Below are positions 1-15,000 of a DNA stretch of 64,000 bases, piece after piece; position 1 is the first letter of the stretch; each line of letters opens with the position of its first letter. The position numbers and the translations under genes were made by a program. The DNA comes from Yuukianura sp. NJ FZ-2021 (lineage: Eukaryota): contig CM102287.1 in NCBI GenBank assembly GCA_046563655.1, forward strand, positions 744,001 to 808,000. The letters are read 5' to 3'. The notes under the pieces are model-generated. The model was not told the DNA's origin. It saw only the letters and a program-made list of their open reading frames with translations, and searched no databases.

Positions 1-3000
1 GATTTATCCCGACTTTTAAGTCCGCCCTATCCAGATTTAATGGCGATCTATCCACACCAATGAAACTTGGGGTCCTGCAGTACGTTTCATAAGGATTTCA
101 GAAAACTAACTCATTTTCACCCGGCATCGTTCCGCGCGGAGGTTTTTCGAATGTTCTGTTTTGAAACAAATTTTCATAAATAAAAGTAACGAGATGAGGG
201 ACGATACAGCAAGTGAAAGTGGGTTCCTGTAGCACTTTTTATGAGGATTTCAAAAATGTTGTTGCCTTTTACCCAGCATCGTTCCGGAATGCATTTCTTT
301 TGAATTCTCTGCTTTGAAACATGAATTTTCATAAATAAAGGTAACAAGATGAGGGACGACACAGCAAGTGAAAGTGGGTTCCTGTAGCACTTTTTATGAG
401 GATTTCAAAAATGTAGTTGACTTTTACCCAGCATCGTTCCGGAATGCATTTCTTTTGAATTCTCTGTTTTGAAACATGAATTTTCATAAATAAAGGTAAC
501 AAGATGAGGGACGACACAGCAAGTGAAAGTGGGTTCCTGTAGCCCTTTTTATGAGGATTTCAAAAATATAATTTACTTTCTGTTCATTCTCACATTTGAA
601 TGTTCATTCTCACAAATTTAAGTCGTTTTGCGTCAAAATGGTGCTCGGCATTCCCCTGGGTGCCGTATTCCAACCCCAGATAAAATTCGAGGCGGAGCGA
701 TTTATCCCGACTTTTAAGTCCGCCCTATCCAGATTTAATGGCGATCTATCCACACCAATGAAACTTGGGGTCCTGCAGTACGTTTCATAAGGATTTCAGA
801 AAACTAACTCATTTTCACCCGGCATCGTTCCGCGCGGAGGTTTTTCGAATGTTTTGTTTTGAAACAAATTTTCATAAATAAAAGTAACGAGATGAGGGAC
901 GATACAGCAAGTGAAAGTGGGTTCCTGTAGCACTTTTTATGAGGATTTCAAAAATGTTGTTGCCTTTTACCCAGCATCGTTCCGGAATGCATTTCTTTTG
1001 AATTCTCTGTTTTGAAACATGAATTTTCATAAATAAAGGTAACAAGATGAGGGACGACACAGCAAGTGAAAGTGGGTTCCTGTAGCCCTTTTTATGAGGA
1101 TTTCAAAAATATAATTTACTTTCTGTTCATTCTCACATTTGAATGTTCAGTCTCACAAATTTAAGTCGTTTTGCGTCAAAATGGTGCTCGGCATTCCCCT
1201 GGGTGCCGTATTCCAACCCCAGATAAAATTCGAGGCGGAGCGATTTATCCCGACTTTTAAGTCCGCCCTATCCAGATTTAATGGCGATCTATCCACACCA
1301 ATGAAACTTGGGGTCCTGCAGTACGTTTCATAAGGATTTCAGAAAACTAACTCATTTTCACCCGGCATCGTTCCGCGCGGAGGTTTTTCGAATGTTCTGT
1401 TTTGAAACAAATTTTCATAAATAAAAGTAACGAGATGAGGGACGATACAGCAAGTGAAAGTGGGTTCCTGTAGCACTTTTTATGAGGATTTCAAAAATGT
1501 TGTTGCCTTTTACCCAGCATCGTTCCGGAATGCATTTCTTTTGAATTCTCTGTTTTGAAACATGAATTTTCATAAATAAAGGTAACAAGATGAGGGACGA
1601 CACAGCAAGTGAAAGTGGGTTCCTGTAGCCCTTTTTATGAGGATTTCAAAAATATAATTTACTTTCTGTTCATTCTCACATTTGAATGTTCATTCTCACA
1701 AATTTAAGTCGTTTTGCGTCAAAATGGTGCTCGGCATTCCCCTGGGTGCCGTATTCCAACCCCAGATAAAATTCGAGGCGGAGCGATTTATCCCGACTTT
1801 TAAGTCCGCCCTATCCAGATTTAATGGCGATCTATCCACACCAATGAAACTTGGGGTCCTGCAGTACGTTTCATAAGGATTTCAGAAAACTAACTCATTT
1901 TCACCCGGCATCGTTCCGCGCGGAGGTTTTTCGAATGTTCTGTTTTGAAACAAATTTTCATAAATAAAAGTAACGAGATGAGGGACGACACAGCAAGTGA
2001 AAGTGGGTTCCTGTAGCACTTTTTATGAGGATTTCAAAAATGTTGTTGCCTTTTACCCAGCATCGTTCCGGAATGCATTTCTTTTGAATTCTCTGCTTTG
2101 AAACATGAATTTTCATAAATAAAGGTAACAAGATGAGGGACGACACAGCAAGTGAAAGTGGGTTCCTGTAGCACTTTTTATGAGGATTTCAAAAATGTAG
2201 TTGACTTTTACCCAGCATCGTTCCGGAATGCATTTCTTTTGAATTCTCTGTTTTGAAACATGAATTTTCATAAATAAAGGTAACAAGATGAGGGACGACA
2301 CAGCAAGTGAAAGTGGGTTCCTGTAGCCCTTTTTATGAGGATTTCAAAAATATAATTTACTTTCTGTTCATTCTCACATTTGAATGTTCATTCTCACAAA
2401 TTTAAGTCGTTTTGCGTCAAAATGGTGCTCGGCATTCCCCTGGGTGCCGTATTCCAACCCCAGATAAAATTCGAGGCGGAGCGATTTATCCCGACTTTTA
2501 AGTCCGCCCTATCCAGATTTAATGGCGATCTATCCACACCAATGAAACTTGGGGTCCTGCAGTACGTTTCATAAGGATTTCAGAAAACTAACTCATTTTC
2601 ACCCGGCATCGTTCCGCGCGGAGGTTTTTCGAATGTTCTGTTTTGAAACAAATTTTCATAAATAAAAGTAACGAGATGAGGGACGACACAGCAAGTGAAA
2701 GTGGGTTCCTGTAGCACTTTTTATGAGGATTTCAAAAATGTTGTTGCCTTTTACCCAGCATCGTTCCGGAATGCATTTCTTTTGAATTCTCTGCTTTGAA
2801 ACATGAATTTTCATAAATAAAGGTAACAAGATGAGGGACGACACAGCAAGTGAAAGTGGGTTCCTGTAGCACTTTTTATGAGGATTTCAAAAATATAATT
2901 TACTTTCTGTTCATTCTCACATTTGAATGTTCATTCTCACAAATTTAAGTCGTTTTGCGTCAAAATGGTGCTCGGCATTCCCCTGGGTGCCGTATTCCAA

Positions 3001-6000
3001 CCCCAGATAAAATTCGAGGCGGAGCGATTTATCCCGACTTTTAAGTCCGCCCTATCCAGATTTAATGGCGATCTATCCACACCAATGAAACTTGGGGTCC
3101 TGCAGTACGTTTCATAAGGATTTCAGAAAACTAACTCATTTTCACCCGGCATCGTTCCGCGCGGAGGTTTTTCGAATGTTTTGTTTTGAAACAAATTTTC
3201 ATAAATAAAAGTAACGAGATGAGGGACGACACAGCAAGTGAAAGTGGGTTCCTGTAGCACTTTTTATGAGGATTTCAAAAATGTTGTTGCCTTTTACCCA
3301 GCATCGTTCCGGAATGCATTTCTTTTGAATTCTCTGTTTTGAAACATGAATTTTCATAAATAAAGGTAACAAGATGAGGGACGACACAGCAAGTGAAAGT
3401 GGGTTCCTGTAGCCCTTTTTATGAGGATTTCAAAAATATAATTTACTTTCTGTTCATTCTCACATTTGAATGTTCATTCTCACAAATTTAAGTCGTTTTG
3501 CGTCAAAATGGTGCTCGGCATTCCCCTGGGTGCCGTATTCCAACCCCAGATAAAATTCGAGGCGGAGCGATTTATCCCGACTTTTAAGTCCGCCCTATCC
3601 AGATTTAATGGCGATCTATCCACACCAATGAAACTTGGGGTCCTGCAGTACGTTTCATAAGGATTTCAGAAAACTAACTCATTTTCACCCGGCATCGTTC
3701 CGCGCGGAGGTTTTTCGAATGTTTTGTTTTGAAACAAATTTTCATAAATAAAAGTAACGAGATGAGGGACGACACAGCAAGTGAAAGTGGGTTCCTGTAG
3801 CACTTTTTATGAGGATTTCAAAAATGTTGTTGCCTTTTACCCAGCATCGTTCCGGAATGCATTTCTTTTGAATTCTCTGCTTTGAAACATGAATTTTCAT
3901 AAATAAAGGTAACAAGATGAGGGACGACACAGCAAGTGAAAGTGGGTTCCTGTAGCACTTTTTATGAGGATTTCAAAAATGTAGTTGACTTTTACCCAGC
4001 ATCGTTCCGGAATGCATTTCTTTTGAATTCTCTGTTTTGAAACATGAATTTTCATAAATAAAGGTAACAAGATGAGGGACGACACAGCAAGTGAAAGTGG
4101 GTTCCTGTAGCCCTTTTTATGAGGATTTCAAAAATATAATTTACTTTCTGTTCATTCTCACATTTGAATGTTCATTCTCACAAATTTAAGTCGTTTTGCG
4201 TCAAAATGGTGCTCGGCATTCCCCTGGGTGCCGTATTCCAACCCCAGATAAAATTCGAGGCGGAGCGATTTATCCCGACTTTTAAGTCCGCCCTATCCAG
4301 ATTTAATGGCGATCTATCCACACCAATGAAACTTGGGGTCCTGCAGTACGTTTCATAAGGATTTCAGAAAACTAACTCATTTTCACCCGGCATCGTTCCG
4401 CGCGGAGGTTTTTCGAATGTTTTGTTTTGAAACAAATTTTCATAAATAAAAGTAACGAGATGAGGGACGACACAGCAAGTGAAAGTGGGTTCCTGTAGCA
4501 CTTTTTATGAGGATTTCAAAAATGTTGTTGCCTTTTACCCAGCATCGTTCCGGAATGCATTTCTTTTGAATTCTCTGTTTTGAAACATGAATTTTCATAA
4601 ATAAAGGTAACAAGATGAGGGACGACACAGCAAGTGAAAGTGGGTTCCTGTAGCCCTTTTTATGAGGATTTCAAAAATATAATTTACTTTCTGTTCATTC
4701 TCACAAATTTAAGTCGTTTTGCGTCAAAATGGTGCTCGGCATTCCCCTGGGTGCCGTATTCCAACCCCAGATAAAATTCGAGGCGGAGCGATTTATCCCG
4801 ACTTTTAAGTCCGCCCTATCCAGATTTAATGGCGATCTATCCACACCAATGAAACTTGGGGTCCTGCAGTACGTTTCATAAGGATTTCAGAAAACTAACT
4901 CATTTTCACCCGGCATCGTTCCGCGCGGAGGTTTTTCGAATGTTTTGTTTTGAAACAAATTTTCATAAATAAAAGTAACGAGATGAGGGACGACACAGCA
5001 AGTGAAAGTGGGTTCCTGTAGCACTTTTTATGAGGATTTCAAAAATGTTGTTGCCTTTTACCCAGCATCGTTCCGGAATGCATTTCTTTTGAATTCTCTG
5101 TTTTGAAACATGAATTTTCATAAATAAAGGTAACAAGATGAGGGACGACACAGCAAGTGAAAGTGGGTTCCTGTAGCCCTTTTTATGAGGATTTCAAAAA
5201 TATAATTTACTTTCTGTTCATTCTCACATTTGCATGTTCATTCTCACAAATTTAAGTCGTTTTGCGTCAAAATGGTGCTCGGCATTCTCCTGGGTGCCGT
5301 ATTCCAACCCCAAACAAAATTCGAGGCGGAGCGATTTATCCCGACTTTTAAGTCCGCCCTATCCAGATTTAATGGCGATCTATCCACACCAATGAAACTT
5401 GGGGTCCTGCAGTACGTTTCATAAGGATTTCAGAAAACTAACTCATTTTCACCCGGCATCGTTCCGCGCGGAGGTTTTTCGAATGTTCTGTTTTGAAACA
5501 AATTTTCATAAATAAAAGTAACGAGATGAGGGACGATACAGCAAGTGAAAGTGGGTTCCTGTAGCACTTTTTATGAGGATTTCAAAAATGTTGTTGCCTT
5601 TTACCCAGCATCGTTCCGGAATGCATTTCTTTTGAATTCTCTGCTTTGAAACATGAATTTTCATAAATAAAGGTAACAAGATGAGGGACGATACAGCAAG
5701 TGAAAGTGGGTTCCTGTAGCACTTTTTATGAGGATTTCAAAAATGTTGTTGCCTTTTACCCAGCATCGTTCCGGAATGCATTTCTTTTGAATTCTCTGTT
5801 TTGAAACATGAATTTTCATAAATAAAGGTAACAAGATGAGGGACGACACAGCAAGTGAAAGTGGGTTCCTGTAGCCCTTTTTATGAGGATTTCAAAAATA
5901 TAATTTACTTTCTGTTCATTCTCACATTTGAATGTTCAGTCTCACAAATTTAAGTCGTTTTGCGTCAAAATGGTGCTCGGCATTCCCCTGGGTGCCGTAT

Positions 6001-9000
6001 TCCAACCCCAGATAAAATTCGAGGCGGAGCGATTTATCCCGACTTTTAAGTCCGCCCTATCCAGATTTAATGGCGATCTATCCACACCAATGAAACTTGG
6101 GGTCCTGCAGTACGTTTCATAAGGATTTCAGAAAACTAACTCATTTTCACCCGGCATCGTTCCGCGCGGAGGTTTTTCGAATGTTTTGTTTTGAAACAAA
6201 TTTTCATAAATAAAAGTAACGAGATGAGGGACGACACAGCAAGTGAAAGTGGGTTCCTGTAGCACTTTTTATGAGGATTTCAAAAATGTTGTTGCCTTTT
6301 ACCCAGCATCGTTCCGGAATGCATTTCTTTTGAATTCTCTGTTTTGAAACATGAATTTTCATAAATAAAGGTAACAAGATGAGGGACGACACAGCAAGTG
6401 AAAGTGGGTTCCTGTAGCCCTTTTTATGAGGATTTCAAAAATATAATTTACTTTCTGTTCATTCTCACATTTGCATGTTCATTCTCACAAATTTAAGTCG
6501 TTTTGCGTCAAAATGGTGCTCGGCATTCTCCTGGGTGCCGTATTCCAACCCCAAACAAAATTCGAGGCGGAGCGATTTATCCCGACTTTTAAGTCCGCCC
6601 TATCCAGATTTAATGGCGATCTATCCACACCAATGAAACTTGGGGTCCTGCAGTACGTTTCATAAGGATTTCAGAAAACTAACTCATTTTCACCCGGCAT
6701 CGTTCCGCGCGGAGGTTTTTCGAATGTTCTGTTTTGAAACAAATTTTCATAAATAAAAGTAACGAGATGAGGGACGATACAGCAAGTGAAAGTGGGTTCC
6801 TGTAGCACTTTTTATGAGGATTTCAAAAATGTTGTTGCCTTTTACCCAGCATCGTTCCGGAATGCATTTCTTTTGAATTCTCTGCTTTGAAACATGAATT
6901 TTCATAAATAAAGGTAACAAGATGAGGGACGATACAGCAAGTGAAAGTGGGTTCCTGTAGCACTTTTTATGAGGATTTCAAAAATGTTGTTGCCTTTTAC
7001 CCAGCATCGTTCCGGAATGCATTTCTTTTGAATTCTCTGTTTTGAAACATGAATTTTCATAAATAAAGGTAACAAGATGAGGGACGACACAGCAAGTGAA
7101 AGTGGGTTCCTGTAGCCCTTTTTATGAGGATTTCAAAAATATAATTTACTTTCTGTTCATTCTCACATTTGCATGTTCATTCTCACAAATTTAAGTCGTT
7201 TTGCGTCAAAATGGTGCTCGGCATTCTCCTGGGTGCCGTATTCCAACCCCAGAACAAAATTCGAGGCGGAGCGATTTATCCCGACTTTTAAGTCCGCCCT
7301 ATCCAGATTTAATGGCGATCTATCCACACCAATGAAACTTGGGGTCCTGCAGTACGTTTCATAAGGATTTCAGAAAACTAACTCATTTTCACCCGGCATC
7401 GTTCCGCGCGGAGGTTTTTCGAATGTTCTGTTTTGAAACAAATTTTCATAAATAAAAGTAACGAGATGAGGGACGATACAGCAAGTGAAAGTGGGTTCCT
7501 GTAGCACTTTTTATGAGGATTTCAAAAATGTTGTTGCCTTTTACCCAGCATCGTTCCGGAATGCATTTCTTTTGAATTCTCTGCTTTGAAACATGAATTT
7601 TCATAAATAAAGGTAACAAGATGAGGGACGATACAGCAAGTGAAAGTGGGTTCCTGTAGCACTTTTTATGAGGATTTCAAAAATGTTGTTGCCTTTTACC
7701 CAGCATCGTTCCGGAATGCATTTCTTTTGAATTCTCTGTTTTGAAACATGAATTTTCATAAATAAAGGTAACAAGATGAGGGACGACACAGCAAGTGAAA
7801 GTGGGTTCCTGTAGCCCTTTTTATGAGGATTTCAAAAATATAATTTACTTTCTGTTCATTCTCACATTTGAATGTTCAGTCTCACAAATTTAAGTCGTTT
7901 TGCGTCAAAATGGTGCTCGGCATTCCCCTGGGTGCCGTATTCCAACCCCAGATAAAATTCGAGGCGGAGCGATTTATCCCGACTTTTAAGTCCGCCCTAT
8001 CCAGATTTAATGGCGATCTATCCACACCAATGAAACTTGGGGTCCTGCAGTACGTTTCATAAGGATTTCAGAAAACTAACTCATTTTCACCCGGCATCGT
8101 TCCGCGCGGAGGTTTTTCGAATGTTTTGTTTTGAAACAAATTTTCATAAATAAAAGTAACGAGATGAGGGACGACACAGCAAGTGAAAGTGGGTTCCTGT
8201 AGCACTTTTTATGAGGATTTCAAAAATGTTGTTGCCTTTTACCCAGCATCGTTCCGGAATGCATTTCTTTTGAATTCTCTGTTTTGAAACATGAATTTTC
8301 ATAAATAAAGGTAACAAGATGAGGGACGACACAGCAAGTGAAAGTGGGTTCCTGTAGCCCTTTTTATGAGGATTTCAAAAATATAATTTACTTTCTGTTC
8401 ATTCTCACAAATTTAAGTCGTTTTGCGTCAAAATGGTGCTCGGCATTCCCCTGGGTGCCGTATTCCAACCCCAGATAAAATTCGAGGCGGAGCGATTTAT
8501 CCCGACTTTTAAGTCCGCCCTATCCAGATTTAATGGCGATCTATCCACACCAATGAAACTTGGGGTCCTGCAGTACGTTTCATAAGGATTTCAGAAAACT
8601 AACTCATTTTCACCCGGCATCGTTCCGCGCGGAGGTTTTTCGAATGTTTTGTTTTGAAACAAATTTTCATAAATAAAAGTAACGAGATGAGGGACGACAC
8701 AGCAAGTGAAAGTGGGTTCCTGTAGCACTTTTTATGAGGATTTCAAAAATGTTGTTGCCTTTTACCCAGCATCGTTCCGGAATGCATTTCTTTTGAATTC
8801 TCTGTTTTGAAACATGAATTTTCATAAATAAAGGTAACAAGATGAGGGACGACACAGCAAGTGAAAGTGGGTTCCTGTAGCCCTTTTTATGAGGATTTCA
8901 AAAATATAATTTACTTTCTGTTCATTCTCACATTTGCATGTTCATTCTCACAAATTTAAGTCGTTTTGCGTCAAAATGGTGCTCGGCATTCTCCTGGGTG

Positions 9001-12000
9001 CAGTATTCCAACCCCAAACAAAATTCGAGGCGGAGCGATTTATCCCGACTTTTAAGTCCGCCCTATCCAGATTTAATGGCGATCTATCCACACCAATGAA
9101 ACTTGGGGTCCTGCAGTACGTTTCATAAGGATTTCAGAAAACTAACTCATTTTCACCCGGCATCGTTCCGCGCGGAGGTTTTTCGAATGTTCTGTTTTGA
9201 AACAAATTTTCATAAATAAAAGTAACGAGATGAGGGACGATACAGCAAGTGAAAGTGGGTTACTGTAGCACTTTTTATGAGGATTTCAAAAATGTTGTTG
9301 CCTTTTACCCAGCATCGTTCCGGAATGCATTTCTTTTGAATTCTCTGCTTTGAAACATGAATTTTCATAAATAAAGGTAACAAGATGAGGGACGATACAG
9401 CAAGTGAAAGTGGGTTCCTGTAGCACTTTTTATGAGGATTTCAAAAATGTTGTTGCCTTTTACCCAGCATCGTTCCGGAATGCATTTCTTTTGAATTCTC
9501 TGTTTTGAAACATGAATTTTCATAAATAAAGGTAACAAGATGAGGGACGACACAGCAAGTGAAAGTGGGTTCCTGTAGCCCTTTTTATGAGGATTTCAAA
9601 AATATAATTTACTTTCTGTTCATTCTCACATTTGAATGTTCAGTCTCACAAATTTAAGTCGTTTTGCGTCAAAATGGTGCTCGGCATTCCCCTGGGTGCC
9701 GTATTCCAACCCCAGATAAAATTCGAGGCGGAGCGATTTATCCCGACTTTTAAGTCCGCCCTATCCAGATTTAATGGCGATCTATCCACACCAATGAAAC
9801 TTGGGGTCCTGCAGTACGTTTCATAAGGATTTCAGAAAACTAACTCATTTTCACCCGGCATCGTTCCGCGCGGAGGTTTTTCGAATGTTTTGTTTTGAAA
9901 CAAATTTTCATAAATAAAAGTAACGAGATGAGGGACGACACAGCAAGTGAAAGTGGGTTCCTGTAGCACTTTTTATGAGGATTTCAAAAATGTTGTTGCC
10001 TTTTACCCAGCATCGTTCCGGAATGCATTTCTTTTGAATTCTCTGTTTTGAAACATGAATTTTCATAAATAAAGGTAACAAGATGAGGGACGACACAGCA
10101 AGTGAAAGTGGGTTCCTGTAGCCCTTTTTATGAGGATTTCAAAAATATAATTTACTTTCTGTTCATTCTCACATTTGCATGTTCATTCTCACAAATTTAA
10201 GTCGTTTTGCGTCAAAATGGTGCTCGGCATTCCCCTGGGTGCAGTATTCCAACCCCAAACAAAATTCGAGGCGGAGCGATTTATCCCGACTTTTAAGTCC
10301 GCCCTATCCAGATTTAATGGCGATCTATCCACACCAATGAAACTTGGGGTCCTGCAGTACGTTTCATAAGGATTTCAGAAAACTAACTCATTTTCACCCG
10401 GCATCGTTCCGCGCGGAGGTTTTTCGAATGTTCTGTTTTGAAACAAATTTTCATAAATAAAAGTAACGAGATGAGGGACGATACAGCAAGTGAAAGTGGG
10501 TTCCTGTAGCACTTTTTATGAGGATTTCAAAAATGTTGTTGCCTTTTACCCAGCATCGTTCCGGAATGCATTTCTTTTGAATTCTCTGCTTTGAAACATG
10601 AATTTTCATAAATAAAGGTAACAAGATGAGGGACGATACAGCAAGTGAAAGTGGGTTCCTGTAGCACTTTTTATGAGGATTTCAAAAATGTTGTTGCCTT
10701 TTACCCAGCATCGTTCCGGAATGCATTTCTTTTGAATTCTCTGCTTTGAAACATGAATTTTCATAAATAAAGGTAACAAGATGAGGGACGACACAGCAAG
10801 TGAAAGTGGGTTCCTGTAGCCCTTTTTATGAGGATTTCAAAAATATAATTTACTTTCTGTTCATTCTCACATTTGCATGTTCATTCTCACAAATTTAAGT
10901 TGTTTTGCGTCAAAATGGTGCTCGGCATTCCCCTGGGTGCCGTATTCGAACCCCAGACAAAATTCGAGGCGGAGCGATTTATCCCGACTTTTAAGTCCGC
11001 CCTATCCAGATTTAATGGCGATCTATCCACACCAATGAAACTTGGGGTCCTGCAGTACGTTTCATAAGGATTTCAGAAAACTAACTCATTTTCACCCGGC
11101 ATCGTTCCGCGCGGAGGTTTTTCGAATGTTCTGTTTTGAAACAAATTTTCATAAATAAAAGTAACGAGATGAGGGACGATACAGCAAGTGAAAGTGGGTT
11201 CCTGTAGCACTTTTTATGAGGATTTCAAAAATGTTGTTGCCTTTTACCCAGCATCGTTCCGGAATGCATTCCTTTTGAATTCTCTGCTTTGAAACATGAA
11301 TTTTCATAAATAAAGGTAACAAGATGAGGGACGATACAGCAAGTGAAAGTGGGTTCCTGTAGCACTTTTTATGAGGATTTCAAAAATGTTGTTGCCTTTT
11401 ACCCAGCATCGTTCCGGAATGCATTTCTTTTGAATTCTCTGCTTTGAAACATGAATTTTCATAAATAAAGGTAACAAGATGAGGGACGACACAGCAAGTG
11501 AAAGTGGGTTCCTGTAGCCCTTTTTATGAGGATTTCAAAAATATAATTTACTTTCTGTTCATTCTCACATTTGCATGTTCATTCTCACAAATTTAAGTCG
11601 TTTTGCGTCAAAATGGTGCTCGGCATTCCCCTGATTCCCCTGGGTGCCGTATTCGAACCCCAGACAAAATTCGAGGCGGAGCGATTTATCCCGACTTTTA
11701 AGTCCGCCCTATCCAGATTTAATGGCGATCTATCCACACCAATGAAACTTGGGGTCCTGCAGTACGTTTCATAAGGATTTCAGAAAACTAACTCATTTTC
11801 ACCCGGCATCGTTCCGCGCGGAGGTTTTTCGAATGTTCTGTTTTGAAACAAATTTTCATAAATAAAAGTAACGAGATGAGGGACGATACAGCAAGTGAAA
11901 GTGGGTTCCTGTAGCACTTTTTATGAGGATTTCAAAAATGTAGTTGACTTTTACCCAGCATCGTTCCGGAATGCATTTCTTTTGAATTCTCTGTTTTGAA

Positions 12001-15000
12001 ACATGAATTTTCATAAATAAAGGTAACAAGATGAGGGACGACACAGCAAGTGAAAGTGGGTTCCTGTAGCCCTTTTTATGAGGATTTCAAAAATATAATT
12101 TACTTTCTGTTCATTCTCACATTTGCATGTTCATTCTCACAAATTTAAGTCGTTTTGCGTCAAAATGGTGCTCGGCATTCCCCTGGGTGCCGTATTCCAA
12201 CCCCAGACAAAATTCGAGGCGGAGCGATTTATCCCGACTTTTAAGTCCGCCCTATCCAGATTTAATGGCGATCTATCCACACCAATGAAACTTGGGGTCC
12301 TGCAGTACGTTTCATAAGGATTTCAGAAAACTAACTCATTTTCACCCGGCATCGTTCCGCGCGGAGGTTTTTCGAATGTTCTGTTTTGAAACAAATTTTC
12401 ATAAATAAAAGTAACGAGATGAGGGACGATACAGCAAGTGAAAGTGGGTTCCTGTAGCACTTTTTATGAGGATTTCAAAAATGTAGTTGACTTTTACCCA
12501 GCATCGTTCCGGAATGCATTTCTTTTGAATTCTCTGTTTTGAAACATGAATTTTCATAAATAAAGGTAACAAGATGAGGGACGACACAGCAAGTGAAAGT
12601 GGGTTCCTGTAGCCCTTTTTATGAGGATTTCAAAAATATAATTTACTTTCTGTTCATTCTCACATTTGAATGTTCAGTCTCACAAATTTAAGTCGTTTTG
12701 CGTCAAAATGGTGCTCGGCATTCCCCTGGGTGCCGTATTCCAACCCCAGATAAAATTCGAGGCGGAGCGATTTATCCCGACTTTTAAGTCCGCCCTATCC
12801 AGATTTAATGGCGATCTATCCACACCAATGAAACTTGGGGTCCTGCAGTACGTTTCATAAGGATTTCAGAAAACTAACTCATTTTCACCCGGCATCGTTC
12901 CGCGCGGAGGTTTTTCGAATGTTTTGTTTTGAAACAAATTTTCATAAATAAAAGTAACGAGATGAGGGACGACACAGCAAGTGAAAGTGGGTTCCTGTAG
13001 CACTTTTTATGAGGATTTCAAAAATGTAGTTGACTTTTACCCAGCATCGTTCCGGAATGCATTTCTTTTGAATTCTCTGTTTTGAAACATGAATTTTCAT
13101 AAATAAAGGTAACAAGATGAGGGACGACACAGCAAGTGAAAGTGGGTTCCTGTAGCCCTTTTTATGAGGATTTCAAAAATATAATTTACTTTCTGTTCAT
13201 TCTCACATTTGCATGTTCATTCTCACAAATTTAAGTCGTTTTGCGTCAAAATGGTGCTCGGCATTCCCCTGGGTGCCGTATTCCAACCCCAGACAAAATT
13301 CGAGGCGGAGCGATTTATCCCGACTTTTAAGTCCGCCCTATCCAGATTTAATGGCGATCTATCCACACCAATGAAACTTGGGGTCCTGCAGTACGTTTCA
13401 TAAGGATTTCAGAAAACTAACTCATTTTCACCCGGCATCGTTCCGCGCGGAGGTTTTTCGAATGTTCTGTTTTGAAACAAATTTTCATAAATAAAAGTAA
13501 CGAGATGAGGGACGATACAGCAAGTGAAAGTGGGTTCCTGTAGCACTTTTTATGAGGATTTCAAAAATGTTGTTGCCTTTTACCCAGCATCGTTCCGGAA
13601 TGCATTTCTTTTGAATTCTCTGCTTTGAAACATGAATTTTCATAAATAAAGGTAACAAGATGAGGGACGACACAGCAAGTGAAAGTGGGTTCCTGTAGCA
13701 CTTTTTATGAGGATTTCAAAAATGTAGTTGACTTTTACCCAGCATCGTTCCGGAATGCATTTCTTTTGAATTCTCTGTTTTGAAACATGAATTTTCATAA
13801 ATAAAGGTAACAAGATGAGGGACGACACAGCAAGTGAAAGTGGGTTCCTGTAGCCCTTTTTATGAGGATTTCAAAAATATAATTTACTTTCTGTTCATTC
13901 TCACATTTGAATGTTCATTCTCACAAATTTAAGTCGTTTTGCGTCAAAATGGTGCTCGGCATTCCCCTGGGTGCCGTATTCGAACCCCAGATAAAATTCG
14001 AGGCGGAGCGATTTATCCCGACTTTTAAGTCCGCCCTATCCAGATTTAATGGCGATCTATCCACACCAATGAAACTTGGGGTCCTGCAGTACGTTTCATA
14101 AGGATTTCAGAAAACTAACTCATTTTCACCCGGCATCGTTCCGCGCGGAGGTTTTTCGAATGTTTTGTTTTGAAACAAATTTTCATAAATAAAAGTAACG
14201 AGATGAGGGACGACACAGCAAGTGAAAGTGGGTTCCTGTAGCACTTTTTATGAGGATTTCAAAAATGTTGTTGCCTTTTACCCAGCATCGTTCCGGAATG
14301 CATTTCTTTTGAATTCTCTGCTTTGAAACATGAATTTTCATAAATAAAGGTAACAAGATGAGGGACGACACAGCAAGTGAAAGTGGGTTCCTGTAGCACT
14401 TTTTATGAGGATTTCAAAAATGTAGTTGACTTTTACCCAGCATCGTTCCGGAATGCATTTCTTTTGAATTCTCTGTTTTGAAACATGAATTTTCATAAAT
14501 AAAGGTAACAAGATGAGGGACGACACAGCAAGTGAAAGTGGGTTCCTGTAGCCCTTTTTATGAGGATTTCAAAAATATAATTTACTTTCTGTTCATTCTC
14601 ACAAATTTAAGTCGTTTTGCGTCAAAATGGTGCTCGGCATTCCCCTGGGTGCCGTATTCCAACCCCAGATAAAATTCGAGGCGGAGCGATTTATCCCGAC
14701 TTTTAAGTCCGCCCTATCCAGATTTAATGGCGATCTATCCACACCAATGAAACTTGGGGTCCTGCAGTACGTTTCATAAGGATTTCAGAAAACTAACTCA
14801 TTTTCACCCGGCATCGTTCCGCGCGGAGGTTTTTCGAATGTTTTGTTTTGAAACAAATTTTCATAAATAAAAGTAACGAGATGAGGGACGACACAGCAAG
14901 TGAAAGTGGGTTCCTGTAGCACTTTTTATGAGGATTTCAAAAATGTTGTTGCCTTTTACCCAGCATCGTTCCGGAATGCATTTCTTTTGAATTCTCTGTT

